From Candidatus Nomurabacteria bacterium RIFCSPHIGHO2_02_40_30 (GTDB taxonomy: Bacteria; Patescibacteriota; Minisyncoccia; Phycocordibacterales; UBA9973), in assembly GCA_001785445.1 (NCBI GenBank), contig MFTV01000010.1, positions 101,566 to 165,565 on the forward strand: 64,000 nt of DNA. Direction: 5' to 3'. The translations under genes and the position numbers were made by a program. The notes beneath the pieces were generated by a model that was given only the letters and a program-made list of their open reading frames with translations, did not search any database and was not told the origin of the DNA. Shown here in pieces: positions 9,337 to 18,877 of this stretch. Position 1 is the stretch's first letter; every line of letters begins with the position of its first letter.

Positions 9337-11586
9337 TTATTTCATTTTGTTTAGTCTGTCTGGGCGATAGTTAGAACACTTATTACTACTACACCTTTCA
9401 GGTATAGTTTTTGTGCCTTCCATCATCAAAGACCCGCATTCTTTACAGACGTTGCCTGTAGGTTTGGCTTTGATGGCAAATTTACAGTCAGGGTAATTTG
9501 AACAAGAATAGAAAATTCCAAATCTTCCACGGCGCTCCGAAATGTCTCCCTTTTTACAAGTAGGGCAGATTACTCCAGTGCGTTTTTTTGCTTCTTCAGC
9601 CTCATCTTTCTTAATGAATTTACATTTTGGATAGCGAGAGCAAGAAATAAAGCTACCAGTGCCGTCTCGACGCTGTCGTATAACCAAAACCCCTTTTTCT
9701 TTCGGTTTACCTTTTTTTCCTGCCCCGTTGGAAGTACTCTTTCCTTCGGGGTCTCCACAATCAGGACACATTTCTCCGGTTTCTTTAGGGCCTTTTAATT
9801 CTGTGCCGTCAAGCATGAGGGCACCATCACAATCTGGATATTTGGAGCAAGAATAAAACTTACCTCCCCGTGAGAGTTTGATAATCATAGCGCTGCCACA
9901 TTTCGGACATTTCATATTCTCCGGAGCATCACCCAAGTTTGTAGCCTTTTCCAGCTTCTCTTTTGATTTTACGTCTTTAAGAAATGGTCCGTAAAAATCT
10001 TTCAATGTTTTCTCGTATTCGCGTTCACCTCGAGAAATTTCATCCAATTCATTTTCCATCTCAGCCGTAAAGCTATCAGATATATAACTCATAAAATGTT
10101 TCTCCAAGAAATCTGATACGACTTCACCTGTATCGGTGGGGAATAGTGTTTTACCTTCTTTGTTTACATAGCCTCTCTCTTCTATGGTCCTCATGATAGA
10201 CGCATAAGTAGACGGCCTGCCGATGTCTCTAGCCTCTAGTTCTTTGATTAAACCGGCTTCACTATATCTCCCTGGTGGCTCTGTAAACTTTTCTTCATTA
10301 TTTAGATCAAGTAACTTTAACTCTTCTCCAGTCTTGCAGATAGGCAATTCTACATCATCTCCGCGCGCGTCACTATCTATCGCGAGCCATCCTGGGAAAA
10401 GAAGCCGAGAGCCATTGGCAGTGAAGTCAGGTAATTCCTCATGCCCTTTTATCACCGCAGAAATTTTTGTTTTTAATAACTTTGCATCAGTCATCTGAGA
10501 AGAGATGGCTCGATCCCAAATTAGTCTATAGAGTCTGTCTTGGTCATCGCTACCAGCGGTAAGATTTTCTACATGTGTGGGACGAATAGCTTCGTGCGCT
10601 TCTTGAGCATTCTTGGATTTGGTTTTATAAATTCTGGCTTCAGCATATTCCTTGCCGTATTTTTTCTCCACGAAATTAATTATTTGAGTTTGCGCCACTG
10701 TGCCCAAGTTTGTACTGTCTGTTCGCATGTACGTTATATGTCCGGCTTCATAAAGTTTCTGCGCTATTTGCATTGTGCGTGAAGGGGAATAGCCGAGGCG
10801 TGAACTTGCAGTCTGCTGAAGAGTGGAGGTGGTAAATGGGGCGCGAGGGGAGCGTTTTTGCTCAGACTCTTTAACCGCACTTACAATCCAAGTGCCATTT
10901 TTTCCTTCAGTCATTATTTTCTCAACTAGTTTCGGGTCTCTCGGTTCTTCACTACACTCTAAAGTTATTTTGTCTCTCTTTATTGTTTCGAATAAACCAA
11001 ATATTCTCCAAAATTTTTCCGGAACAAAAGCTCGTATTTCTCTTTCTCGTTCCATAATTATACGCAATGCAGGAGACTGCACACGGCCAGCCGAGAGTCC
11101 GTAGCGTACCTTTTTCCAAATCAAACCAGAAAGGTCGTAACCAACGAGGCGATCTAATACTCGGCGCGCTTCTTGAGCTTTGCGTAAGTGAGTGTCTATT
11201 TTTCTCGGGTTTTGCAATGCTTCTTCTACGGCTTCTTTAGTTATCTCGTGAAAGGTGACTCGCGCTATCGGCGCTTTCACTTTTTTGTCTTGTTTCAAAA
11301 GTGTCTCTATGTGCCAAGCTATCGCTTCGCCTTCACGATCGGGGTCGGTAGCCAAAAGAACATCAGTCGCCTTTTCTGCCAACCCTTGCAGTTCGTGGAC
11401 AACTTTTTCTTTACCTTTAGAAACTTCGTAATGGGGGATAAAGCCACCTTCTATGTCGATGGCAATTTTATTTGATTTGGGTAAATCACGCACATGCCCC
11501 ACAGATGCGCGAACAGTAAATGCGCCTTCGAGATATTTCTCAATAGTTTTTGCTTTTGATGGTGATTCCACTATTAATAATTTCAT
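9337..11586 (-). CDS. topA: DNA topoisomerase I with C-terminal Cys4 zinc ribbons
   Basis: Toprim start MKLLIVESPSKAKTI, a catalytic-Tyr region, and repeated CPxC...C..C modules. Confidence 0.95.
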   Translation of the reverse strand: MKLLIVESPSKAKTIEKYLEGAFTVRASVGHVRDLPKSNKIAIDIEGGFIPHYEVSKGKEKVVHELQGLAEKATDVLLATDPDREGEAIAWHIETLLKQDKKVKAPIARVTFHEITKEAVEEALQNPRKIDTHLRKAQEARRVLDRLVGYDLSGLIWKKVRYGLSAGRVQSPALRIIMEREREIRAFVPEKFWRIFGLFETIKRDKITLECSEEPRDPKLVEKIMTEGKNGTWIVSAVKESEQKRSPRAPFTTSTLQQTASSRLGYSPSRTMQIAQKLYEAGHITYMRTDSTNLGTVAQTQIINFVEKKYGKEYAEARIYKTKSKNAQEAHEAIRPTHVENLTAGSDDQDRLYRLIWDRAISSQMTDAKLLKTKISAVIKGHEELPDFTANGSRLLFPGWLAIDSDARGDDVELPICKTGEELKLLDLNNEEKFTEPPGRYSEAGLIKELEARDIGRPSTYASIMRTIEERGYVNKEGKTLFPTDTGEVVSDFLEKHFMSYISDSFTAEMENELDEISRGEREYEKTLKDFYGPFLKDVKSKEKLEKATNLGDAPENMKCPKCGSAMIIKLSRGGKFYSCSKYPDCDGALMLDGTELKGPKETGEMCPDCGDPEGKSTSNGAGKKGKPKEKGVLVIRQRRDGTGSFISCSRYPKCKFIKKDEAEEAKKRTGVICPTCKKGDISERRGRFGIFYSCSNYPDCKFAIKAKPTGNVCKECGSLMMEGTKTIPERCSSNKCSNYRPDRLNKMK

Positions 11587-11596
11587 GCAAGGCTAA

Positions 11597-11625
11597 GTAT
11601 TACACGAAAATCAAATTCTCGTCAA
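11597..11625 (-). promoter_or_regulatory. candidate topA promoter
   Basis: The minus strand reads TTGACG-N17-TAATAC, 10 nt before the ATG. Confidence 0.45.
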
Positions 11626-11633
11626 ATTTCTGT

Positions 11634-11657
11634 CAAAAAAAGCTTGTGTCATAAGCT
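11634..11657 (-). terminator. minus-strand intrinsic terminator upstream of the topA promoter
   Basis: The minus strand reads AGCTT-atgacac-AAGCT followed by T7. Confidence 0.55.
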
Positions 11658-11676
11658 AAAAATAGGCTCCCTAAAC

Positions 11677-11705
11677 TTGACAAACATCGTAAATTATGCT
11701 ATACT
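11677..11705 (+). promoter_or_regulatory. near-consensus sigma70 promoter for the GC-rich island gene
   Basis: TTGACA (11677-11682), a 17-nt spacer ending in TGc, then TATACT (11700-11705). Confidence 0.6.
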
Positions 11706-11755
11706 CCTTATTGGCTTCAGAAATACAGAACTCACTCACGAAAGGACCTACGAAA

Positions 11756-12190
11756 ATGCGAAGATTCGGTTTGTTCATTGCTACATTCCTGTTTGTCGGT
11801 CTTGGATCAGCGATGGCAGCGACTAAGTGCGAGGCTGCTAACGCTCGTCTTTTGGATGCGCAGATCACAGCGAAAGCTTCTTATAAGGCTGCTGTTGCGA
11901 AACGTGATGCCGCACTAAAAAAGTATGAAGACAACCTCGATCTCGCGCAGAAAGCGGGACGAATTCCTACAGAGCCGATCGAGAAGACCGACTTCAGTGA
12001 ACTCGAAAAAAAGGTTGATGAGGTGTGCGAGAAGGAAGTTGCACAGCTCGTCAATCAATGGGTCATCGTAACTAATCAGCTCGTGGCCGCACTTTGTCGC
12101 AACGACGCTGACAATAGAGCGTGTGCGAATCTCCGAGAAGTGGTCGACAGTATAAAGGCCATCAATTCTAAGGACAAGGCTGGCAACTAG
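11756..12190 (+). CDS. hypothetical secreted helical protein (signal peptide, 4 Cys) in a GC-rich island
   Basis: Start moved to MRRFGLFIATFLFVGLGSAMA, preceded by AAAGGA. About 50% GC, against about one-third for the neighbours. Confidence 0.5.
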   Translation: MRRFGLFIATFLFVGLGSAMAATKCEAANARLLDAQITAKASYKAAVAKRDAALKKYEDNLDLAQKAGRIPTEPIEKTDFSELEKKVDEVCEKEVAQLVNQWVIVTNQLVAALCRNDADNRACANLREVVDSIKAINSKDKAGN

Positions 12191-12264
12191 CATCTAAAAA
12201 GTGACGCTCTGACACTTCAACATCAGAGCAACGGGTCGATAGGTCCCGAGAAACTATCAGAAAG

Positions 12265-12299
12265 CCAGTAGCCTTTAGTCGGGTTGTACTGGTTTTTTT
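12265..12299 (+). terminator. hairpin plus T7 after the island gene
   Basis: CCAGTA (12265-12270) pairs with TACTGG (12287-12292), followed by TTTTTTT. Confidence 0.5.
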
Positions 12300-12301
12300 A
12301 T

Positions 12302-13168
12302 TTATATTAATTTAATCTCACCCATTTCTTCCTTAATTAATTCTTTTATTTCCATTACAGATAGGATGGCGTTGGCGGTCGGAGTTGGGAATTTCATTGC
12401 TCTGATTAAATCATCTCTTCCCATAGGTTCACGAAGCAAGTCCACCACCTTTTTTTCTTCCGGCGATAAATCTAAAAATAATTTTGCTTGCTTTTCTTCA
12501 TCTTTTGGTTTTTCAAAACCCAGAGCTTCCAAAACATCTTCCGCGCAGGTTACGGGAGTTGCGCCTTGGTGCAATAATTTATTCGTGCCTTTGGAGTTGG
12601 GAGAAAATATTGAACCTGGAACCACTAATAAATCACGATTGTATTCTGTGGTGAGCCTTGCAGTAATAAGGGTGCCGGATCTTTCTTCCGCCTCTATTAT
12701 TAACGTTGCTTTTGAAATGCCGGCCATCAACCTGTTTCTCATGGGGAAGCTCCATTGGGTAGCTTTGAAAGTAGGTTCAAATTCTGATATTAAACATCCA
12801 CCATTTCCTACAATTTCTTCCATAAGTCTTACATTTGTTTTAGGGTACATTGCTTCAGCGGATAGCCCGGAACCTGGGAATACTAAAGTTTTTAACCCTA
12901 CCTGCATTGCCTTTTTGTGGGCGATAGTATCTATGCCCATAGCAAAACCGGAAACGACGGCTATAGGATAACCCTTTAATCCCGCAATTATTTTCTCGCA
13001 AGCTTCCCTGCCGTACGAAGTAAATTTACGCGAACCAACAACGCATAAATATATTAAATTCTCGGTAGGTAGCTCACCGATAATCCAGAGGTCGGCTGGA
13101 GGTTGAGGTATCTCCAAGAGTGCTTTTGGAAACTTATTTTTAGCCAACTTTTTGATTTCCACATACAA
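12302..13168 (-). CDS. dprA: DNA processing protein DprA/Smf
   Basis: Rossmann-like DprA core (VVSGFAMGIDTIAHK, EERSGTLITA) with a C-terminal winged-helix-like tail. The track start is a TTG codon. Confidence 0.85.
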   Translation of the reverse strand: MYVEIKKLAKNKFPKALLEIPQPPADLWIIGELPTENLIYLCVVGSRKFTSYGREACEKIIAGLKGYPIAVVSGFAMGIDTIAHKKAMQVGLKTLVFPGSGLSAEAMYPKTNVRLMEEIVGNGGCLISEFEPTFKATQWSFPMRNRLMAGISKATLIIEAEERSGTLITARLTTEYNRDLLVVPGSIFSPNSKGTNKLLHQGATPVTCAEDVLEALGFEKPKDEEKQAKLFLDLSPEEKKVVDLLREPMGRDDLIRAMKFPTPTANAILSVMEIKELIKEEMGEIKLI

Positions 13169-13185
13169 TAGTATATAGTATATAT

Positions 13186-14451
13186 ATGTTAGACATCAAA
13201 TTCATTCGTGAAAACAAAGATATAGTGCAGGCAGGCGCCAAGAAAAAGCATACTGATATAGATATTGAAAAGCTTGTTACGCTTGATGACGAACGCCTGA
13301 AAGAACTAAAAGAAGTCGAAGACTTACGGGCAGAAGTAAATAGAGTCTCTAATGATATATCTCGCAATCAGGACTCGGCGCTCAAAATTCAACTCATAGA
13401 AGAAATGCGTATTGTTAAGGAAGATATTAAAGTCAAAGAAGGAAAATTGAAAGAAATAATAACAGAGTGGCAAGTTCTAATGTTGCAAGTTCCGAATGTA
13501 CCGGATATGAGTGTGCCCGAAGGATCGGGTGAAGATGAAAACAAAGAACTCCGGACATGGGGTGAAAAACCAGTCTTTAGTTTTGAACCCAAAGATCACA
13601 TTGAGATAATGACCAAACTCGATATGGCTGATTTTGAGCGTGGAGTTAAAGCACACGGCTTTAGAGGGTATTTTTTGAAAAACGACGGGGCATTACTGTC
13701 GTGGGCCATATGGAATTATGCGCAGGAATTTTTTCTGAAAAAAAATTTTAGTCCTTTTATTCCTCCGGTTATTTTAAATAAAGAGCATTTTTTCGGTACA
13801 GGACATCTACCAGGTGGAGCAGAAGATATCTTTCAAACCCAAGATGGTCAATATTTGGCCGGTACGGCCGAAGTACCAATGATGGCTTACCACGCAAGTG
13901 AAATACTTTCGGAGAAAGACCTGCCGAAACGTTATCTTGCTTTCTCTCCGTGTTTCAGAAGAGAAGCAGGTGCCCATTCCAAGGATGTAAAAGGTCTTAT
14001 TCGCGTGCATGAGTTTTATAAATTGGAACAGCTCGTTCTATGCAAAGCAAGTCATGAAGAGTCGGTAAAATTCCACGAAGAATTAAATCGTAACACTGAA
14101 GAATTTATAGAATCTCTTGGAATCCCTTATAGACAAGTTGTAATATGCACTGGGGATTTAAAAGGGGCTCATGTTAAATCATACGACACAGAGCTTTGGG
14201 TACCAAAAGAAGGGAAATATCGGGAGATAGCAAGCGCATCTTATTATCATGATTTTCAAACCCGCAGATTTGGCATTCGCTATCGTGACCAAGAAGGAAA
14301 AATACATTACGCGCATTCACTAAACGCTACCGCGATTCCTACCCCACGAATTCTGGTTTCTCTTATAGAAAACTACCAACAGGCAGACGGTTCTATAAAG
14401 ATTCCGGAAGTTTTAAGAAAATACCTAGGAGGAAAAGAATTTATAAAGTAA
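13186..14451 (+). CDS. serS: seryl-tRNA synthetase
   Basis: N-terminal coiled coil and class II motifs (FRREAG, GLIRVHEF, ATAIPTPR). Confidence 0.95.
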   Translation: MLDIKFIRENKDIVQAGAKKKHTDIDIEKLVTLDDERLKELKEVEDLRAEVNRVSNDISRNQDSALKIQLIEEMRIVKEDIKVKEGKLKEIITEWQVLMLQVPNVPDMSVPEGSGEDENKELRTWGEKPVFSFEPKDHIEIMTKLDMADFERGVKAHGFRGYFLKNDGALLSWAIWNYAQEFFLKKNFSPFIPPVILNKEHFFGTGHLPGGAEDIFQTQDGQYLAGTAEVPMMAYHASEILSEKDLPKRYLAFSPCFRREAGAHSKDVKGLIRVHEFYKLEQLVLCKASHEESVKFHEELNRNTEEFIESLGIPYRQVVICTGDLKGAHVKSYDTELWVPKEGKYREIASASYYHDFQTRRFGIRYRDQEGKIHYAHSLNATAIPTPRILVSLIENYQQADGSIKIPEVLRKYLGGKEFIK

Positions 14452-14457
14452 AATAGC

Positions 14458-15252
14458 ATGAAAAAGAGGAATGTTTTAAATTCTCCACGTCTCTTAGCGC
14501 TAAAAAGGCGCAAGCGAAGAACTGTTTTGAGTAAAATATTACTTTTATTAGTTGTACTTTTGGCAATCTTGGGAAGCCTTGCTTATATTTTTCGCATTCC
14601 TAGTTTAAATATTAAGTCGGTAGAAATAGATGGCACTAGAGTAATAGATGCAGATACTATTAGAGCGAATATAGAAAAAGAGATTGCCGGTAACTATCTC
14701 TGGATTTTACCAAAAACAAATATATTTTTGTATCCAAAAAGTAAAATTAAAGAGGAACTTAGTAAGAGTTTTAAGAGATTAAAGAATATAGATGTCTCTA
14801 CTTTAAATAATACTGTACTCAAAGTAACTGTCTTTGAAAGGGAAGCCAAATATTTGTGGTGTGAGACGGAGGAAAAATGCTACTTCATGGATGGAGACGG
14901 TTTTATTTTTGATGAGGCTCCGTATTTTTCCGGCGAGGTTTATTTTAGATTTTATGGTTCGAGTAACGGAGACTTTGTGAAGTTATTTCCATTTAAAAAA
15001 ATAATTGAAGATATGGGACTGAAGCCCATCGGGTTATCAATATTAGAAAACAGCAATGTTGAAATGTTTCTCTCCGGTAAAAGTAAGCCAAAAATAATCT
15101 TCAATGCGACTTCTGATTTTCAAAAAATAGCAGAAAACTTGCAGGCAGCCCTTGCCACCGAGCCACTACGCTCTGATTTTAAAAATAAATATTCATCTCT
15201 TTTGTACCTTGACTTGCGGTACGGAAATAAGGTCTACTTCAAGTTCAAATGA
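14458..15252 (+). CDS. FtsQ/DivIB-like cell-division protein (TM plus POTRA)
   Basis: N-terminal basic region and TM helix, then a POTRA-like block IKSVEIDGTRVIDADTI...LKVTVFEREAKYLW. Confidence 0.6.
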   Translation: MKKRNVLNSPRLLALKRRKRRTVLSKILLLLVVLLAILGSLAYIFRIPSLNIKSVEIDGTRVIDADTIRANIEKEIAGNYLWILPKTNIFLYPKSKIKEELSKSFKRLKNIDVSTLNNTVLKVTVFEREAKYLWCETEEKCYFMDGDGFIFDEAPYFSGEVYFRFYGSSNGDFVKLFPFKKIIEDMGLKPIGLSILENSNVEMFLSGKSKPKIIFNATSDFQKIAENLQAALATEPLRSDFKNKYSSLLYLDLRYGNKVYFKFK

Positions 15253-16208
15253 TTAACCTAGGGTTCTGGGGAGAAATTAAAAAGCCGATTTTCTGCCTTG
15301 CGCCGATGGCAGACGTCACCGACTGCGCTTTCAGGCAGATAATTGCGAAATATGGTAAACCGGATGTTTTTTGGACAGAATTTGTATCAGCAGATGGATT
15401 GTGTAGTGCTGGCAGAGAAAAACTTTTAGTTGATTTTATCTACAGCGAAAACGAAAGACCAATGGTAGCTCAAATTTTCGGATCTAAACCGGAAAACATA
15501 AAGAAAGCTTCGGAACTTTGTAGAGAGCTTGGTTTTGACGGAGTAGATATAAATATGGGATGCCCTGATAAATCTATCGAGAAGCAGTGCGCCGGCGCAG
15601 CTATGATGAAAAATCCTCAACTTGCTCGGGAAATTATTCGTGCGGCCAAAGAAGGCGCAGGTGATTTGCCAGTGTCTGTGAAAACTCGCATTGGTTACAA
15701 TAAAAATGAAATTGAAACTTGGATAAGGGAGCTGTTGTCGGAAGATATAGCGGCGCTTACGGTGCATTTGCGTACCCGTAAAGAAATGTCTAATGTTCCT
15801 GCGCACTGGGACTTGATGAAAAGAATAGTTCAAATTAGAAATGAAATGAAGAAAAAAACTTTAATACTAGGCAATGGCGATGTCTTAAATTTAGAAGATG
15901 CGAAAAGAAAAGTGGAGGAGACAGGCTGCGACGGAGTGATGCTCGGTAAAGCAATCTTTGGTAACCCGTGGTTGTTTGCTGAAAAAGTTCCATCTATTAA
16001 AGAGAAGCTCGAAGTCATGATAGAACACACCAAGCTTTTTGAAAAAATGCTGAGTGGGCATAAAAACTTCGCCATTATGAAAAAACATTACAAAGCATAT
16101 GTGAATGGTTTTGATGGGGCGAAAGAGCTTCGAGTGAAACTCATGGAAGCTGAGAATGCTCTTCAAGTAGAAAACATAGCTAATGATTTTTTAGGTAAAA
16201 TAGAGTAG
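15249..16208 (+). CDS. dus: tRNA-dihydrouridine synthase
   Basis: LAPMADVTD, DINMGCP and a TIM-barrel Dus pattern. Confidence 0.9.
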   Translation: MINLGFWGEIKKPIFCLAPMADVTDCAFRQIIAKYGKPDVFWTEFVSADGLCSAGREKLLVDFIYSENERPMVAQIFGSKPENIKKASELCRELGFDGVDINMGCPDKSIEKQCAGAAMMKNPQLAREIIRAAKEGAGDLPVSVKTRIGYNKNEIETWIRELLSEDIAALTVHLRTRKEMSNVPAHWDLMKRIVQIRNEMKKKTLILGNGDVLNLEDAKRKVEETGCDGVMLGKAIFGNPWLFAEKVPSIKEKLEVMIEHTKLFEKMLSGHKNFAIMKKHYKAYVNGFDGAKELRVKLMEAENALQVENIANDFLGKIE

Positions 16209-16217
16209 AATAAAAAT

Positions 16218-17255
16218 ATGCATGATTTGGCGTTATATCGTAAATACAGACCGAAAAAGTTTAAGGAGGTTCTGGGGCAGAACCACATCGTAGATGTCTT
16301 AGAGAGTTCTGTGGAGACAAATAAAGTCTCCCATGCATACCTTTTCGTAGGTTCGAGGGGAACAGGGAAAACTTCCGTGGCAAGAATTTTTGCTACAAGT
16401 ATTGGGGTTTCAATAAATGACATGTACGAAATAGATGCCGCCTCGAATAGAGGAATTGAAGATATTAAAGAGTTGCGTGATGGTGCACGAGTATTGCCTT
16501 TTGATTCTAAATATAAAGTTTATATCATTGATGAAGTGCACATGCTCTCGAAGGATGCTTGGGGAGCGCTACTTAAAACTCTAGAAGAGCCACCAAAGCA
16601 TGTAATATTTATTTTAGCTACCACTGAAATGCAAAAAGTGCCGGAGACTATTATTTCTCGCTGTCAGGTTTTTGTTTTCAAAAAAGCCACGGACACTGTC
16701 AATAAAAAGATGCTCATTGATGTTGCCAAAAAAGAAGGGTTTGAACTGGATGCTGGGTCAGCAGAGCTTCTCGCAATCTTGGCGGACGGCTCGTTCCGAG
16801 ATGCTCTTGGTGAACTTCAGAAAGTTGTGAACTTTAGCAAAGGAAAGAAAATAAAAATTGAAGATGTGGAGAAAATAACCGGCGCTCCAAAGACAGTACT
16901 CGTGAATAATTTTATTTCCGCAATCGCTGAAAAAAATCTAGAGAAGGGAATAGGAGTTGTCCAGAAAGCATCGGCAGAGAACCTAGACATGAAGTTATTT
17001 TTGAAACTTATAGTGTCGAAGCTACGTTTAGCTATAATTTTGCGCTATGCGCCAAAATTAAAAAATGAAATGGTAGGGGATTTGAGTGAAGCTGATATTG
17101 AATTCCTGCAAAACGTAGTCAAAACAGATAAAGAAGGCATGCTTCGTTCAGGGGCATTGGCTATTTTACTTGAAGCGTACCAGAATATAGACAATGCATT
17201 CATCGCCGAGCTGCCCCTCGAGCTTGCATTGGTTAAGATACTCGGCAAAGAATAA
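16218..17255 (+). CDS. dnaX: DNA polymerase III gamma/tau subunit, short form
   Basis: YRPKKFKEVLGQ, Walker A GSRGTGKTS, IIDEVHML and SRCQ. Confidence 0.85.
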   Translation: MHDLALYRKYRPKKFKEVLGQNHIVDVLESSVETNKVSHAYLFVGSRGTGKTSVARIFATSIGVSINDMYEIDAASNRGIEDIKELRDGARVLPFDSKYKVYIIDEVHMLSKDAWGALLKTLEEPPKHVIFILATTEMQKVPETIISRCQVFVFKKATDTVNKKMLIDVAKKEGFELDAGSAELLAILADGSFRDALGELQKVVNFSKGKKIKIEDVEKITGAPKTVLVNNFISAIAEKNLEKGIGVVQKASAENLDMKLFLKLIVSKLRLAIILRYAPKLKNEMVGDLSEADIEFLQNVVKTDKEGMLRSGALAILLEAYQNIDNAFIAELPLELALVKILGKE

Positions 17256-17267
17256 GCTTAATAGGAA

Positions 17268-17294
17268 AACTCGTCAGTGGGGTGCTGACGAGTT
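17268..17294 (-). terminator. 10-bp perfect hairpin between dnaX and the small GC-rich gene
   Basis: AACTCGTCAG-tggggtg-CTGACGAGTT. A T-run (TTTTCC) follows only on the minus strand. Confidence 0.55.
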
Positions 17295-17330
17295 AGATAT
17301 TGCAGGCCATCAAACCCCAGGCCAGTTTAC

Positions 17331-17621
17331 TTAAACGAGAGCAGAAGTGACCCCCTGCGCCGTTTTAACGAATTCGTCGTAGCTCACGCCCTTTCCTGTA
17401 ACCACGGTTCTATCCAGATCGGGATCGTACACAGCAGGATAGATCGTGACTTTGGAGAATGAACCGACGTTTCCTTCCATAACCGTCTTGAGGTTGTGGA
17501 CCCAGGCGCGTTCAATGCCTGATGAACTTTTGCGGTTTTTCTTGTGGATGGGTTTTCGAGATCTACTGATGAAATCCAGATAGCCCACTTGGATGACGAA
17601 ACCTGCGGCTTTTTCTGCCAT
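17331..17621 (-). CDS. hypothetical 96-aa protein in a GC-rich patch next to tRNA-Gln
   Basis: Start trimmed to MAEKAAGF, preceded by AGAGGAAAG. About 48% GC. I recognise no family. Confidence 0.4.
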   Translation of the reverse strand: MAEKAAGFVIQVGYLDFISRSRKPIHKKNRKSSSGIERAWVHNLKTVMEGNVGSFSKVTIYPAVYDPDLDRTVVTGKGVSYDEFVKTAQGVTSALV

Positions 17622-17766
17622 TGGCGTCTTTCCTCTTTTCCTTTTCGAGATTACTGTCAGCCTAAAAAACAAGGAACAAACAGTTAAGGAAACAATAGTA
17701 GAGAATCATGTTTATGTCAACAGTTAGATTTCAACCTGTATTTATGCTATAACTTAAGCGTTATAT

Positions 17767-17837
17767 TGGGATATCGTCTAATGGTAGGACAGAGGCCTTT
17801 GAAGCCTTTAATCGTGGTTCGAATCCATGTATCCCAG
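17767..17837 (+). tRNA. tRNA-Gln (anticodon TTG)
   Basis: Acceptor TGGGATA/TATCCCA, anticodon stem GAGGC/GCCTT with loop CTTTGAA, T arm CGTGG-TTCGAAT-CCATG. TGcTATAAC lies 15 nt upstream. Confidence 0.9.
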
Positions 17838-17952
17838 CAATAAGGAATATCCGTATAGGAAAGGCGCTCTCGAAGCTAAAGGGCGGAATGCGTCGACCTT
17901 GTTGTTGGGCTGGTTGCAGTCATCGTTAAAATAAATCTGATATAATGTCCTT

Positions 17953-18411
17953 ATGAAAGAATTAGCGCCAGATGTAAACTCGCAAGAGCATTGGGAGAAT
18001 ATATTAGAGAAAAAGAGGATGCCGGCAGAGCTTCCATTTGAATCTGTGCGGGCAAAAAGGGTAGGAATCGACCTTGTATCTTTGGACTTGGTTGACTCTG
18101 AAGCCGAAGCATTTGCAAATAAACTAAGAGAGGAAGGACCGAATAACGTCCCAATGGAATTCCCAGAAAGTATGGGCGAAGTGATTTCTGAAATAGAAAG
18201 CCTAAAAGAAGCTTTAGTAACGCAAAATATTCCAGAACAAGAAATACATTTAACTATTCACACATCATGTGTCAACGACCAAGATTGCATAATATTATTC
18301 CATAATAATGGCAATAAATATCACTTTAATACAAAAGATATAAAAGGGTATACGAGAGAAAAAATGGTTGAGAGTCTAGCTTCGCACAATATTGCTTGTG
18401 GTGAAAAATAA
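17953..18411 (+). CDS. hypothetical acidic protein
   Basis: ORF only. TATAAT lies 6 nt before the ATG. Confidence 0.45.
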   Translation: MKELAPDVNSQEHWENILEKKRMPAELPFESVRAKRVGIDLVSLDLVDSEAEAFANKLREEGPNNVPMEFPESMGEVISEIESLKEALVTQNIPEQEIHLTIHTSCVNDQDCIILFHNNGNKYHFNTKDIKGYTREKMVESLASHNIACGEK

Positions 18412-18413
18412 AT

Positions 18414-18875
18414 ATGAATAACAAACTAAAAATAATAATTTCTATACTTCTACTACTTGTTATCGGTTATACTATAGGTACTTCTACCAGGAAAATTTCT
18501 GAAGAAGAAATAAAAACAATAGAGGAAAAAGTTACTTACGACAGAGCGTCTACGGATTTGATTGTGGTAAACCTTCCGTTTCCGGGGGCAGTCACGGGTA
18601 AAGAATTCAGCGTCATAGGCAAAGCCCGCGGAGTATGGTTTTTTGAGGCTTCATTCCCTATTGATGTTTTAGACAAAGATGGCAAAATTTTAGTGCAGAC
18701 TTTTGCCACAGCGCAAGGGGAGTGGATGACAAATGACTTTGTGCCATTTAAAGGAGAAGTGAAAGTACCCGAGTCTTACATAGGTCCTGCAACACTTATA
18801 TTAAGAAAAGACAACGCATCCGGTCTGCCGGAACATGATGCATCTGTATCATTCCCATTTGTTATAGAATATTAA
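18414..18875 (+). CDS. membrane-anchored Gmad2 immunoglobulin-like domain protein
   Basis: Signal anchor followed by the pattern GKARGVWFFEASFPIDVLDKDGK...AQGEWMTNDFVPFKGEV. I recall this pattern from the Gmad2 domain. Confidence 0.6.
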   Translation: MNNKLKIIISILLLLVIGYTIGTSTRKISEEEIKTIEEKVTYDRASTDLIVVNLPFPGAVTGKEFSVIGKARGVWFFEASFPIDVLDKDGKILVQTFATAQGEWMTNDFVPFKGEVKVPESYIGPATLILRKDNASGLPEHDASVSFPFVIEY

Positions 18876-18877
18876 TT

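Noticed and set aside
12366-12971. Long antisense or shadow ORFs in the track. Examples: 12366-12971 (201 aa) inside dprA, 31064-31675 (203 aa) opposite purD, 50995-51555 (186 aa) opposite dapF, 26707-27168, 6994-7434, 36103-36531, 59261-59692 and 62173-62589.
   Set aside because: Each lies entirely opposite a gene with strong family motifs. They have low-complexity, Ser/Phe/Leu/Ile-rich translations typical of the reverse strand of AT-rich coding DNA, and I recognise no motifs in them.
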